Source: an uncultured Planctomycetaceae bacterium (GTDB lineage: Bacteria; Planctomycetota; Planctomycetia; Planctomycetales; Planctomycetaceae). From it: DNA of 64,000 bases. Both the position numbers and the translations under genes were made by a program. The notes beneath the pieces were generated by a model. The model saw only the letters and a program-made list of their open reading frames with translations. It was not told the origin of the DNA and did no database searches. The stretch is taken from the NCBI GenBank assembly GCA_963976765.1, contig CAXBME010000010.1, positions 62,001-126,000 on the forward strand. Direction: 5' to 3'. Each line of letters opens with the position of its first letter. Within the stretch, counting starts at the first letter, position 1. Below, one piece after another: positions 30,293 through 38,799 of the stretch.

Positions 30293-31357
30293 CTATCGGA
30301 TCGGTTGAGGCTTGCGCGGAACCTTCATCTCGAATGTCAGCAGCTGGTCTTCTCGCCGGACGACCAGACGCAGCACATCCCCGGCTTCCAGACGTCCGAA
30401 AGCCGCTGTCAGCTCTTTGACTGATTGAATTAAGTCGTCATTCACAAACAGTACCAGGTCGTCTGGTTGAAGTTTCACTTCTTCAGCAGGAGCCCCTTCG
30501 ACCAGTGTGTTGACGTAGGCCGGAGTTCTGAACAACACGTCCGGAATCATGACGATTCCGAAATCGATCGGAGAATATCGCAGCTCAGCGACGGGCTCGT
30601 CGAGCGGCTGACGCTGTGAACGAAAGCTGCCCGAGATAATTTCTTCGATCGCCGTCGTCAGCTCGGAAATTGGAATTGAGTAGTTCAGCCACGTATTGGT
30701 TTCGGCGTTGCGAACTTCTCGACCGATCATTCCAAGCAGTTTGCCTTCACGAGTCGCCAGTAAGCCTCCGGCCGCGCCCGAGTTGTTGGTGATCGCGTCG
30801 ACAACGTACACGGCTCCATCGTAAGGAATCTCAAACGTGCCGCGGCGGGTTTTGAGTTTCGTTTTAGCCGCGACAACTCCGTGCAGTACAGAAACAGCTT
30901 CGTCACCGGTCGCGACTTTGAACATGTTGCTGAATCCAAGGATTCGCGTGCCTTCACTGGCCGAACCGATGCCGGAACTCAGATCGAAGTGCGGCAGATT
31001 GAGTTCCTGATCGAGGGCTTCGATTTTCAGGACGGCCAGTTCAAGCTGAGGCTCGGCTCCCAGTACCGTTGCGGTGAATCGTCGACCATCGTTCAGAACA
31101 ACGATCACCTCGTTGGCGTCGAGGACGTGGCTCCAGACAGTGACGATGTGCCCTTCTTTCGAAACGAGAAATCCACTTCCGAAAGCAGCCAGACCCTGCA
31201 AGCCGCCCGCTCCGAAAATCTTCACCATGCGAGGGAGAACATAGTCAATCGTCTGGGAACTTGATCGACTACCAGCCCCGCAAACCGAACCTGGAATCAT
31301 TCCGGTCGTGGCGGCGACCAGAGCCGCGACTAATGCAAATTTTCTGACTCGAAACAT
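30293..31357 (-). CDS. Secreted HtrA-like trypsin/PDZ protein, likely catalytically altered
   Basis: GSGFLVS, TVWSHV, and DAITNNSGAAGG in place of DAAINPGNSGG; C-terminal PDZ-like region. Confidence 0.8.
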   Translation of the reverse strand: MFRVRKFALVAALVAATTGMIPGSVCGAGSRSSSQTIDYVLPRMVKIFGAGGLQGLAAFGSGFLVSKEGHIVTVWSHVLDANEVIVVLNDGRRFTATVLGAEPQLELAVLKIEALDQELNLPHFDLSSGIGSASEGTRILGFSNMFKVATGDEAVSVLHGVVAAKTKLKTRRGTFEIPYDGAVYVVDAITNNSGAAGGLLATREGKLLGMIGREVRNAETNTWLNYSIPISELTTAIEEIISGSFRSQRQPLDEPVAELRYSPIDFGIVMIPDVLFRTPAYVNTLVEGAPAEEVKLQPDDLVLFVNDDLIQSVKELTAAFGRLEAGDVLRLVVRREDQLLTFEMKVPRKPQPIR

Positions 31358-31427
31358 GGCAAACACTTTAAGAAAGTGGGATCCTCATCATGGCAGGCGA
31401 CAATCGGAACGGTTTCGAACCGGCGAG

Positions 31428-34400
31428 TCAACTGCTGATCGGTATGTTTGCCCGCAGTCGGATTCTCGCCGCCGCCCGAGCAGCCCCATATTGAAGAGAA
31501 GTGGCTTTGGGAACGTTCGCCAGTTGGTCGAGTGCTTCGAGGCTTTCCGGCGAACCGATTTCGGTAAGCAGGTCAACGATCGATTTTTGAATTTTCGGGG
31601 TCGCCGTTGCCAGTTCAGCAACAAGCTGCCGTTCACCGTCAACGCCGACTCCGATCTTCTGCAGCGTCTGAGCCGCCATAAACTGAAGTTTCGAATCAGG
31701 ATCGGCGAACAACTTCAACAGCCGAGGAATGCTGCGTTCGGTGGCTCGTTTCTGCAGAGCCATCATGCCCTGATGCTGAACAGCAAAGTTGGAATCGTCG
31801 AGCGTCTGGAGCAGTGCCTCTTCCAGCTCGTCGCGTTTGTAATCAGTCGGCGCACCGAGCTTCATCAGGGCACTCGTTCTGGCGTAACCGCTTGCGTCAG
31901 GCGGGTCGCTCATGGCTTTCAGGACGGCTTCGACTTTTTCTGCCAAAGGATCTGCGGATGCCTCGTTGCCACTTTCGGCGACAGCTTTTGCGGCAGCCAC
32001 TCGAGCCTTAACACTGCCCAGCGATCGTTGGGCGTAACTTTTCCGCGAAGAGTCATTTCCAGCAACGATTGATTCCAGCGGTTCGACGGAAGCTTCTCCT
32101 CCAACATCTTTCAGGATGTCACAAGCCGCGTGGAAAACCTGCAGGTCTTTCTCGAAAAGCAGTCCAATCGTTGACTCTTCTGCAGCCGTTCCGAAATCAA
32201 TCAACGCTTCTTTGGCGTAGTGCCGTGCGAGCTGGTTCTTTTGAACGATCTCAAGCAGCGGCGCAATGGCCTGCTCGTTTCGAAGTTTGCCCAGCGTTTT
32301 GATCGCCGACTGCACAACCGGGAACATGGAATGCTTCAGTTGAGCAATCACTGCCGGCACACAGTTCGGCGTTCCCCACGTAGCGAGCGCATCGAGCGAG
32401 GCGCGAACCGTCAAATACTGCTTCGATTCAAGCAGGTCGACCAGCGTTGCTTCAACTTCTGATTGTCGTTCGGGCAGAACGGCAAACTTCGCCAGCGAAC
32501 TCAACGGCGACGATGGGTAGCCACCTTTGGCATTTTCTTCTTTCAGTTTGCTCAACAATGCATCAAGTTGTTCGCCGGCGGGAACGACCACCTTATTGGC
32601 CGCTTTCACGGCGTTGGCGTGTTCGGCTTTTGCCTGAGCGATCGCGGACTCCCGTTTTCGTTGAGCGACGACGACCGGGTCTTCGCGCACGACGATAATT
32701 TCAACCGGAATGCGGACGGTGTCGTCGCCATCATTTTTCTCGTAGTGGTGGTCAAACTCGAACGACTCAACCAGTCCGAGCTTGCGGCTGAAAACGACTT
32801 CGCCCTTGCCCGTAATGCGAAAGTAAGGTGCGTCGTCGTTGTCGAGCGTGGTCAACGTGAACGTTTTCTCAAGGACAACCCTGTCGTCGCTGTCTGAAAC
32901 GATTCGGTATTGATGGACTTCCTGGGCTTCGAATTCTTTAATCGTTTCCGGAGCGAACGGGTTGCGGATTCGGCCTCCAAAATTTGGCAAACGCGGTGCA
33001 GGAATGCGCATTCGACCGAACGGAGAATTGTCCCGCTGAACCGAAACCTTGATTCGATCTCGTACGGTCCAACTGGTTCGGCCAGACGGGTCGAACTGAT
33101 GAATCGTCAGCAGAGCCATCGGCCCGGCCAGGAACGGCAACTGGTTCGGTGACGAGAACGACTCAACATTCCCGTACGCATCAACATTGAGCGAACCCGA
33201 ATCGAACGCAATATTCGGGAACGAGAAAACGGGGCGGGTGCGATTGCTGCTTTCAGTTTTTGTTCGGAAATTTCCGCTGGTCTGAATTCTGACCAGCTCG
33301 CCAGAAACCGCTTGACGACCAGTCGTCACGGAAATCAGTGCGACCGACGGAGCAACGGCTTCGACCAAAGCCGTTCCGCCAAGAACGTCGCCAGCCCCAC
33401 GATCCGGTGTCGAAACTTTGTTGGCCTTCAACAGCGAAAGAACTCGCTCAGCCGGAACGCAAAAGCCAACTCGCGTCAGCTCGATTCCGATCAGCTTTGA
33501 ACTGGCAACACCGAGCACCTGCCCGCGATCGTTCACGACGGGCCCGCCGCTGTTGCCAGGGTTCACTGCGGCGTCGATCTGGAATCGCTTCCCCATTTCA
33601 CCATCGACAACGCCAGCAACGATTCCGCGAGTGACTTTAATACCGTTTCCCAAAACCGTCGAAAGCGGATACCCGATCGCCCTGACTTCTTCGCCGAGCT
33701 TCACCTTGTCGGACGCGGCCAGCGGCAGCGCGGCAAACCCTGCTGCGTCAATCTTCAGAAGTGCCAGGTCGTCGTCGGGTTCAACAGCCACCACAGTAGC
33801 TGAGTGATCCTTGCCATCAATCTTCACCTCGATCCTGTCTGCTCCCTGGACGACATGAGCGCAGGTAATCAGGTGCCCGTCGGCACTGACGAAGAAGCCG
33901 GTGCCAGTGCCAGTTTCTGGCTTTGTCTCTTTCTTCGCGGCCTTTGCAGCAATCTTCGGCGGTTGCTCGTCGCAAGTTAGCTCGACAGTTCCCGAGACGC
34001 TCTGTTTCTGACCATTAACCGTCGTCGCCATGTTCACGGAGTAACCCTGAATCTGGCCCGGACTCCACTGATAACTAAGTGGTGTCCCCTTGCTGGTACC
34101 TTTCGCGGGTTGCACTGTCTGTTCGGAGACGGTTCGCACTCCCGGAGCAGAAACAGGAGCCGCAGCAGCGACCTGAGATAGTGCCGATGGCTCCGGAGTG
34201 ACGGCAGCAACTTCAGTGACGGCTGGTTCGGTATCGACCGGTTTGGTGTCAACCACTGGCGACGCAGAATTCTCGGTCGGCCTGTCTGGCAGAGCCGGCT
34301 CTGATACGGAACTCACTGGATCAGGGACGGTCGGAGCCGCCACTGAAGCAGCCGGCTCAACGACCAGTTGGTCCTCCGGGGCAAGTTCGGGTTCCGTCCC

Positions 34401-34580
34401 ATTCAGCGCGACGACTTCCGATGTCGGGTCATCAAAAATGAGTCCAACGACAAAGAAACCGGCTGTCACAAGCAAACCACAAACAACTGCGGCGCTCACG
34501 GCCAGCAGGATCATGGTGCGACCGTCGTGGTTCTCTTCGAGCAATTCGTCATCGGGCCGTGACAGGTTTCTCTCTCGCAT
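31428..34580 (-). CDS. Membrane-anchored trypsin-like serine protease with C-terminal HEAT repeats
   Basis: TM segment, P/A/E/S/T-rich linker, TCAHV / DDLALLK / NPGNSGG triad, HEAT-like helices. Confidence 0.85.
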   Translation of the reverse strand: MRERNLSRPDDELLEENHDGRTMILLAVSAAVVCGLLVTAGFFVVGLIFDDPTSEVVALNGTEPELAPEDQLVVEPAASVAAPTVPDPVSSVSEPALPDRPTENSASPVVDTKPVDTEPAVTEVAAVTPEPSALSQVAAAAPVSAPGVRTVSEQTVQPAKGTSKGTPLSYQWSPGQIQGYSVNMATTVNGQKQSVSGTVELTCDEQPPKIAAKAAKKETKPETGTGTGFFVSADGHLITCAHVVQGADRIEVKIDGKDHSATVVAVEPDDDLALLKIDAAGFAALPLAASDKVKLGEEVRAIGYPLSTVLGNGIKVTRGIVAGVVDGEMGKRFQIDAAVNPGNSGGPVVNDRGQVLGVASSKLIGIELTRVGFCVPAERVLSLLKANKVSTPDRGAGDVLGGTALVEAVAPSVALISVTTGRQAVSGELVRIQTSGNFRTKTESSNRTRPVFSFPNIAFDSGSLNVDAYGNVESFSSPNQLPFLAGPMALLTIHQFDPSGRTSWTVRDRIKVSVQRDNSPFGRMRIPAPRLPNFGGRIRNPFAPETIKEFEAQEVHQYRIVSDSDDRVVLEKTFTLTTLDNDDAPYFRITGKGEVVFSRKLGLVESFEFDHHYEKNDGDDTVRIPVEIIVVREDPVVVAQRKRESAIAQAKAEHANAVKAANKVVVPAGEQLDALLSKLKEENAKGGYPSSPLSSLAKFAVLPERQSEVEATLVDLLESKQYLTVRASLDALATWGTPNCVPAVIAQLKHSMFPVVQSAIKTLGKLRNEQAIAPLLEIVQKNQLARHYAKEALIDFGTAAEESTIGLLFEKDLQVFHAACDILKDVGGEASVEPLESIVAGNDSSRKSYAQRSLGSVKARVAAAKAVAESGNEASADPLAEKVEAVLKAMSDPPDASGYARTSALMKLGAPTDYKRDELEEALLQTLDDSNFAVQHQGMMALQKRATERSIPRLLKLFADPDSKLQFMAAQTLQKIGVGVDGERQLVAELATATPKIQKSIVDLLTEIGSPESLEALDQLANVPKATSLQYGAARAAARIRLRANIPISS

Positions 34581-34896
34581 GCCTGAAACTCCTCATGCCT
34601 TGAGTTGGTGATTCTTTCGAAACAACGAAAAGCAACAGGCACTCTCCGTGTGTCGTATTCTCGAAAATCACAGGTTTCAGCCGGCAACAGGTGGACGGCA
34701 CACGGAGTTCGACCGCGACAACAAAAAGCTCGCTGCCGAGTCCACAGTCAAAACCGATCGCTGGCCGAATCGCATACTACCGTCAAGCTTCTGTCGACGT
34801 CCCGTGAAAGCCGGAAGTTCCGCAAAGAAGTCTGAGTCGTAGCGATCTCGCAAAACCGAAGGATGACGGCCAGTGAGTCGCTGCCGGATGAGTGAT

Positions 34897-35106
34897 TCAT
34901 CGACCTACAAAAAAACGATCCGTCGAACCGCCTTCGTCAACGATCGGAATTCGCACCGGAGCGCAGCAACGCGGGCACCAGCCGACGAATGCATCTTTCG
35001 AAGCATTGGCGTACGCGCGAATGTAGACGTTGCAGCATTTCATATGAATGCCGACAAACGGTCGCGCGTTATTTGAATCAGGCTGAGCGTCTGATTGTGA
35101 CGTCAC
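34897..35106 (-). CDS. Small Cys-motif protein, putative Zn-binding
   Basis: 69 aa with CC...CPRCC; co-oriented about 40 bp downstream of the KS gene. Confidence 0.65.
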   Translation of the reverse strand: MTSQSDAQPDSNNARPFVGIHMKCCNVYIRAYANASKDAFVGWCPRCCAPVRIPIVDEGGSTDRFFVGR

Positions 35107-35146
35107 GTGGAACCCTCCTGGTTCCCGAGCTGGTCCTCTTCACAAA

Positions 35147-36445
35147 TTACACGCCGCAGGCCACGAGTGCGGCGGCTTGACCAAAAGCGGTGACGTTAAC
35201 GGTCAGGAAGAGTTTATTGCTCGTTTTCAGAGGCTCGCCGTGGACGATGTTCAGCTTGCAGTTTTCGTCCGGCGTCGAGTAGTTCAGCGTGGCTGGAATG
35301 ACTCCGTGTTGAAGCCCGATCAGCGATGCAGCCAGTTCGAGTGTTCCACAGGCGGCACCCGAGTTTCCGATCACACTCTTAAACGCGGTCACAGGAACGG
35401 TCGTTGCCGATGCACCAAAGACTTCATGGATCGCGTTGGCTTCGTCGACATCTGCCTGAGTACCACCCAGGCCATGAGCATTGATGTGGCCGATGTCGGA
35501 CGGAGAAACTCCGGCGCGTTGAAGTGCCTTGCTGATCGCTCCAACCAGAGCGTCTTTAATTCCTGGAGTCCCGTCGACGTTGATGACACAGCAAGATGCC
35601 TGGCTGAGGACTGCCCCAAAGATGCTGGCGCCGCGAGCCTTCGCGTGCTCCTCTTCTTCGAACACGAACGTGCAGGCACCTTCGCCAGCAACCTGACCAC
35701 GGCGAGATGCATCGAAAGGCCGCGACCAGGTGGCGGGATCATCGTCGTTGTAACTGGCCATCTCGTCCCACAAAGCAGCGTGCAGACACTTGGTCGGCTG
35801 AATCCGCGAACCGGTCGATCCAGCCAGCATCATGTCGGCTCGTCCGGTCGAAATGATTCCGAAGGCTTCACCCATGGCGCTGTTGCCGGAAGCTTCGGCC
35901 AGTGTCAGCGAATTGTTGGGGCCTCGCGCGTCGGCATGAATTCCGATGTGGCAGGCTGGCATGTTCGGCAGGTACTTGAGCAGCCACAATGGCTCCATTC
36001 CAGCCAGACCTTCGTCGCCCCAGCGGTCGAAGTTGAATTTCTTGTCTTCATCGCACCGGAAGACACCCTCGCTGAGAACGTCCGGAGTGCTGAACATTTG
36101 ATTGGCGCCGAAGTCAACTCCCAAACGTTCATGATCGATCGTCGCGATGTCGAGTTCGCTGTTTGCCAGTGCCAGGTGTGCGGACGCGACTCCCAATTGA
36201 ATCTCGCGGCACATCACCTTGATGCTTTTCCTCTGAGCAGTCAGGTATTGTTTCTTCGCGCTGGCGTCGGTGAAGTCCTTGCATTCTCCGGCGACGTGTC
36301 CGGGCAGTGCCGATCCCGACAGCAAGTCGATCTTCGACACGCCGGACTTCCCGGCAGCGATGCCGTTCCAGAATTCGTCTCGACCGATACCAATCGGAGA
36401 AACAATGCCAGCACCGGTAATGACCACTCGTTTTTTATCAGACAT
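35147..36445 (-). CDS. Beta-ketoacyl synthase (FabF-like) with a non-canonical active site
   Basis: RVVITG.G..SPIG, SRPFD..R.G...GEG, INAHG; the catalytic Cys position reads Glu (TLAEASG) and GH reads GN. Confidence 0.9.
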   Translation of the reverse strand: MSDKKRVVITGAGIVSPIGIGRDEFWNGIAAGKSGVSKIDLLSGSALPGHVAGECKDFTDASAKKQYLTAQRKSIKVMCREIQLGVASAHLALANSELDIATIDHERLGVDFGANQMFSTPDVLSEGVFRCDEDKKFNFDRWGDEGLAGMEPLWLLKYLPNMPACHIGIHADARGPNNSLTLAEASGNSAMGEAFGIISTGRADMMLAGSTGSRIQPTKCLHAALWDEMASYNDDDPATWSRPFDASRRGQVAGEGACTFVFEEEEHAKARGASIFGAVLSQASCCVINVDGTPGIKDALVGAISKALQRAGVSPSDIGHINAHGLGGTQADVDEANAIHEVFGASATTVPVTAFKSVIGNSGAACGTLELAASLIGLQHGVIPATLNYSTPDENCKLNIVHGEPLKTSNKLFLTVNVTAFGQAAALVACGV

Positions 36446-36691
36446 AGCCGTAACACTAGACCCAGAAAAGAGTTACAGGCCCATTCAGGCCGTTCAGAAT
36501 TGATCGCCGTTCAGAATTGCTTGCAGAAGGCAGAGAAGCGTTGCATCTGTTGATTGAACGCGAGACCCAGCGTGCGTCCGATTTGACCCAACTTGCAAAC
36601 AGCGATTGCTTTCAGCAGAGAGAATTTGAGGCAGGATGCATAGCAAACCCAAACCCGCACCAAAATTCAAGAGCGGAGTCGTAATCCTTAG

Positions 36692-37084
36692 TCAACTGTC
36701 GCAAAACAGATTGCGCAGTGCCTCAACTCGCCGCCGATTTGTGCCAAGGTCGGAGTAACCCACCTGCGAGGCAGATCGCATGTGAATCTGCCCGGCGGCC
36801 CGGTCCAGGCGGAACTCAAGCACGTCTTCGAAACGGAGAATTCGAGTTCGCACCCGAGCGTGGATGTAGTCTTCAGTCTGTTCGACGATCGTCGTCCGCG
36901 GCTGGTCATTCAGCATGCTGATGAGTCTTGCCCAGGCAGCCCCGGCGCCACCTGAAAAGTTCAGAGGCTCGATCGAATGATCCTTGCCGGGGTACTCGCT
37001 GCACACGCAGTTCGGCAAGTCGGGGCAGGGACGCAGTTTGCCGTCGGCCAGACCTGCATCCTCCGGTCTGCTGATGTCGCTCAT
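36692..37084 (-). CDS. DUF1499-family protein
   Basis: LRPCPDLPNCVCS, RSASQVGYSDLGTNRRRVE. Confidence 0.88.
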   Translation of the reverse strand: MSDISRPEDAGLADGKLRPCPDLPNCVCSEYPGKDHSIEPLNFSGGAGAAWARLISMLNDQPRTTIVEQTEDYIHARVRTRILRFEDVLEFRLDRAAGQIHMRSASQVGYSDLGTNRRRVEALRNLFCDS

Positions 37085-37118
37085 GTGGGTTCCTGTGAAT
37101 CCTGCGGAGAAATTGTGA

Positions 37119-37190
37119 GCCACAGAGATCACCGAGGACACGAAGGCGTTATCAAGAGAATTCCTCTTTTGTCTCTGTGCCTTCTGTAGC
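37119..37190. repeat. Periodic imperfect palindrome with CACAGAG units
   Basis: GCCACAGAGATCACCGAGGACACGAAGG ... CTCTTTTGTCTCTGTGCCTTCTGTAGC. Confidence 0.55.
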
Positions 37191-37236
37191 CTGGATCTTC
37201 CAGTGTTCAGATTGTGAGACGGCTTTTGGGGGACTT

Positions 37237-38607
37237 CTATCTGGCTGCGGCGTTCTGCTTTGCGAGGCGATGCACCGTCGAGACGATCTGATCTTCCAGG
37301 CCGGCCTTCCACTTTGAAGGCAGCTGGTAGACGATCATCGACGAGTCGCCTTCGTAGCCTCCCTCTTCGAGTACCCGTTCCGACGGGATGTAGGCCATGA
37401 CATCGTTTGCGTAGCCGGTTACCCAGGTTGAGTTCTCTCCGAGTTCGCGTTTCAGTCGGAGCTGGTAATCAACGACCAGTTCTCCCCCCAGCGCCACCCA
37501 GTTAATCTCGTTACCCAGCTGCCAGACCTGGATTGGGTAGGGCCATGATGCTGGCAGCGAGCCATCGCGTTCCCACTCACTGAGCAGCAGCTTCGCTCGT
37601 CCGGCGGTGTAACGACTCGAATTCCTGAGGTCCGCCTGAAGCTGTTCTTTCGTGGGGAGCTGGTGGAACTCCAGTTCGACTTCTTCGAACGACGCTGCCA
37701 GTTCGCCCGTCACTTCATTCATTGGCTCGTCAAGAACCTGGTTCACCGACACGGCGAGCATCCGCCCATACTTCTGCGCGAGTTCGATCTTCCGCCTTGG
37801 CAGAGGATTCTGATCAGCCCCTCCGCCGGTAAAGAACATCGCCACAGAATCAGGATGGCGATCTTCCAGATAAAGCTGAGCGAACCCGGAGTAGTCGCCG
37901 CACCATTCGTAGAAGCCGAGCGTTGTGTTGTGGCAGGCGTAACCAAAGACAACACCTCGCAACGTTGATCCGTCCAGCGATTCAATTTTCAAAACCGGCA
38001 CCTGGTGGTCGTACGGGCCGATGCCTTTCGGCGTTCGACGATTGGCAGCGAATCGGCAAACGCCACTGCCGGTCGAAAGGCGAGCCGGTTTCAGGTCGGC
38101 GATGGCGGCGTCGACCGTTTCGATCACGCGCTGGTTGAGCCAGACCTGATACTCGCGAACCTGCTTCCAGTCGGCCTCTTTCATGTCGAGCATGTAGCTT
38201 AGCCGGTCGTCGAGTGCCGGTCCGCAGTGAGTGTGCGAGCAGGCGATCATCAGGTTGCGTCGAGGCAGGCCGTGCTTCTTCTCAGCGGCGGCAGCAACCG
38301 TTATCGCCATCGTTTTCGGAACGCCGACCAGGTCGGTGGCGACAAAGACAACGGTCTCGCCTTTTGAATCCCGAATCGCAGTCGCGCGAGCGTACAGGTC
38401 GTGCACCTTGCCTTCCGCAGCGTGAGACCGGCCTCCGTAGCCGGACATCCACATAAACTCGGGAGGCGTGATGACAACTCGGGAAACTCCGGCCTGCCAG
38501 GCACCGGCCTTGCTGGAAGGTTCGGTTGCGGCGTCGGCAGCGTGAGCTGTCAAACCATCCGCCAGCGGAATCACAAGCAGCATCACCGTAAGCAGAGCCT
38601 GTCGCAT
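37237..38607 (-). CDS. Secreted neutral/alkaline ceramidase-like hydrolase
   Basis: Signal peptide, MSGY, HDLYARA, SHTHCGP, YACHNT, GADQNP, GYAND..AYIP. Confidence 0.85.
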   Translation of the reverse strand: MRQALLTVMLLVIPLADGLTAHAADAATEPSSKAGAWQAGVSRVVITPPEFMWMSGYGGRSHAAEGKVHDLYARATAIRDSKGETVVFVATDLVGVPKTMAITVAAAAEKKHGLPRRNLMIACSHTHCGPALDDRLSYMLDMKEADWKQVREYQVWLNQRVIETVDAAIADLKPARLSTGSGVCRFAANRRTPKGIGPYDHQVPVLKIESLDGSTLRGVVFGYACHNTTLGFYEWCGDYSGFAQLYLEDRHPDSVAMFFTGGGADQNPLPRRKIELAQKYGRMLAVSVNQVLDEPMNEVTGELAASFEEVELEFHQLPTKEQLQADLRNSSRYTAGRAKLLLSEWERDGSLPASWPYPIQVWQLGNEINWVALGGELVVDYQLRLKRELGENSTWVTGYANDVMAYIPSERVLEEGGYEGDSSMIVYQLPSKWKAGLEDQIVSTVHRLAKQNAAAR

Positions 38608-38799
38608 GTTGAGTTCTCCATTGCAGGGAGGGACACCGTGGCTCAGCATAGCAGTCTGATTAAAAAGTGTGCCACTGGCTCCGCCACCGCTGTCTGGAAT
38701 CGGTTGTTTCAGGGGACTCTGCCCTGGCAGAGCCAGTGGCGCACGCTGAGTGGCCAGCCCACCAGCCAGTTGTTCGTCCCTTGCGAAAGCTCAGCCCGC

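Noticed and set aside
35099..35114. GACGTCACGTGGAACC, a parS-like site
   Set aside because: Three mismatches in the left arm; at best a weak site and not supportable without binding data.
38401..38799. Upstream extension of the glycosyltransferase ORF
   Set aside because: It overlaps the divergent ceramidase-like gene; the first TM segment starts after GTG 38800.
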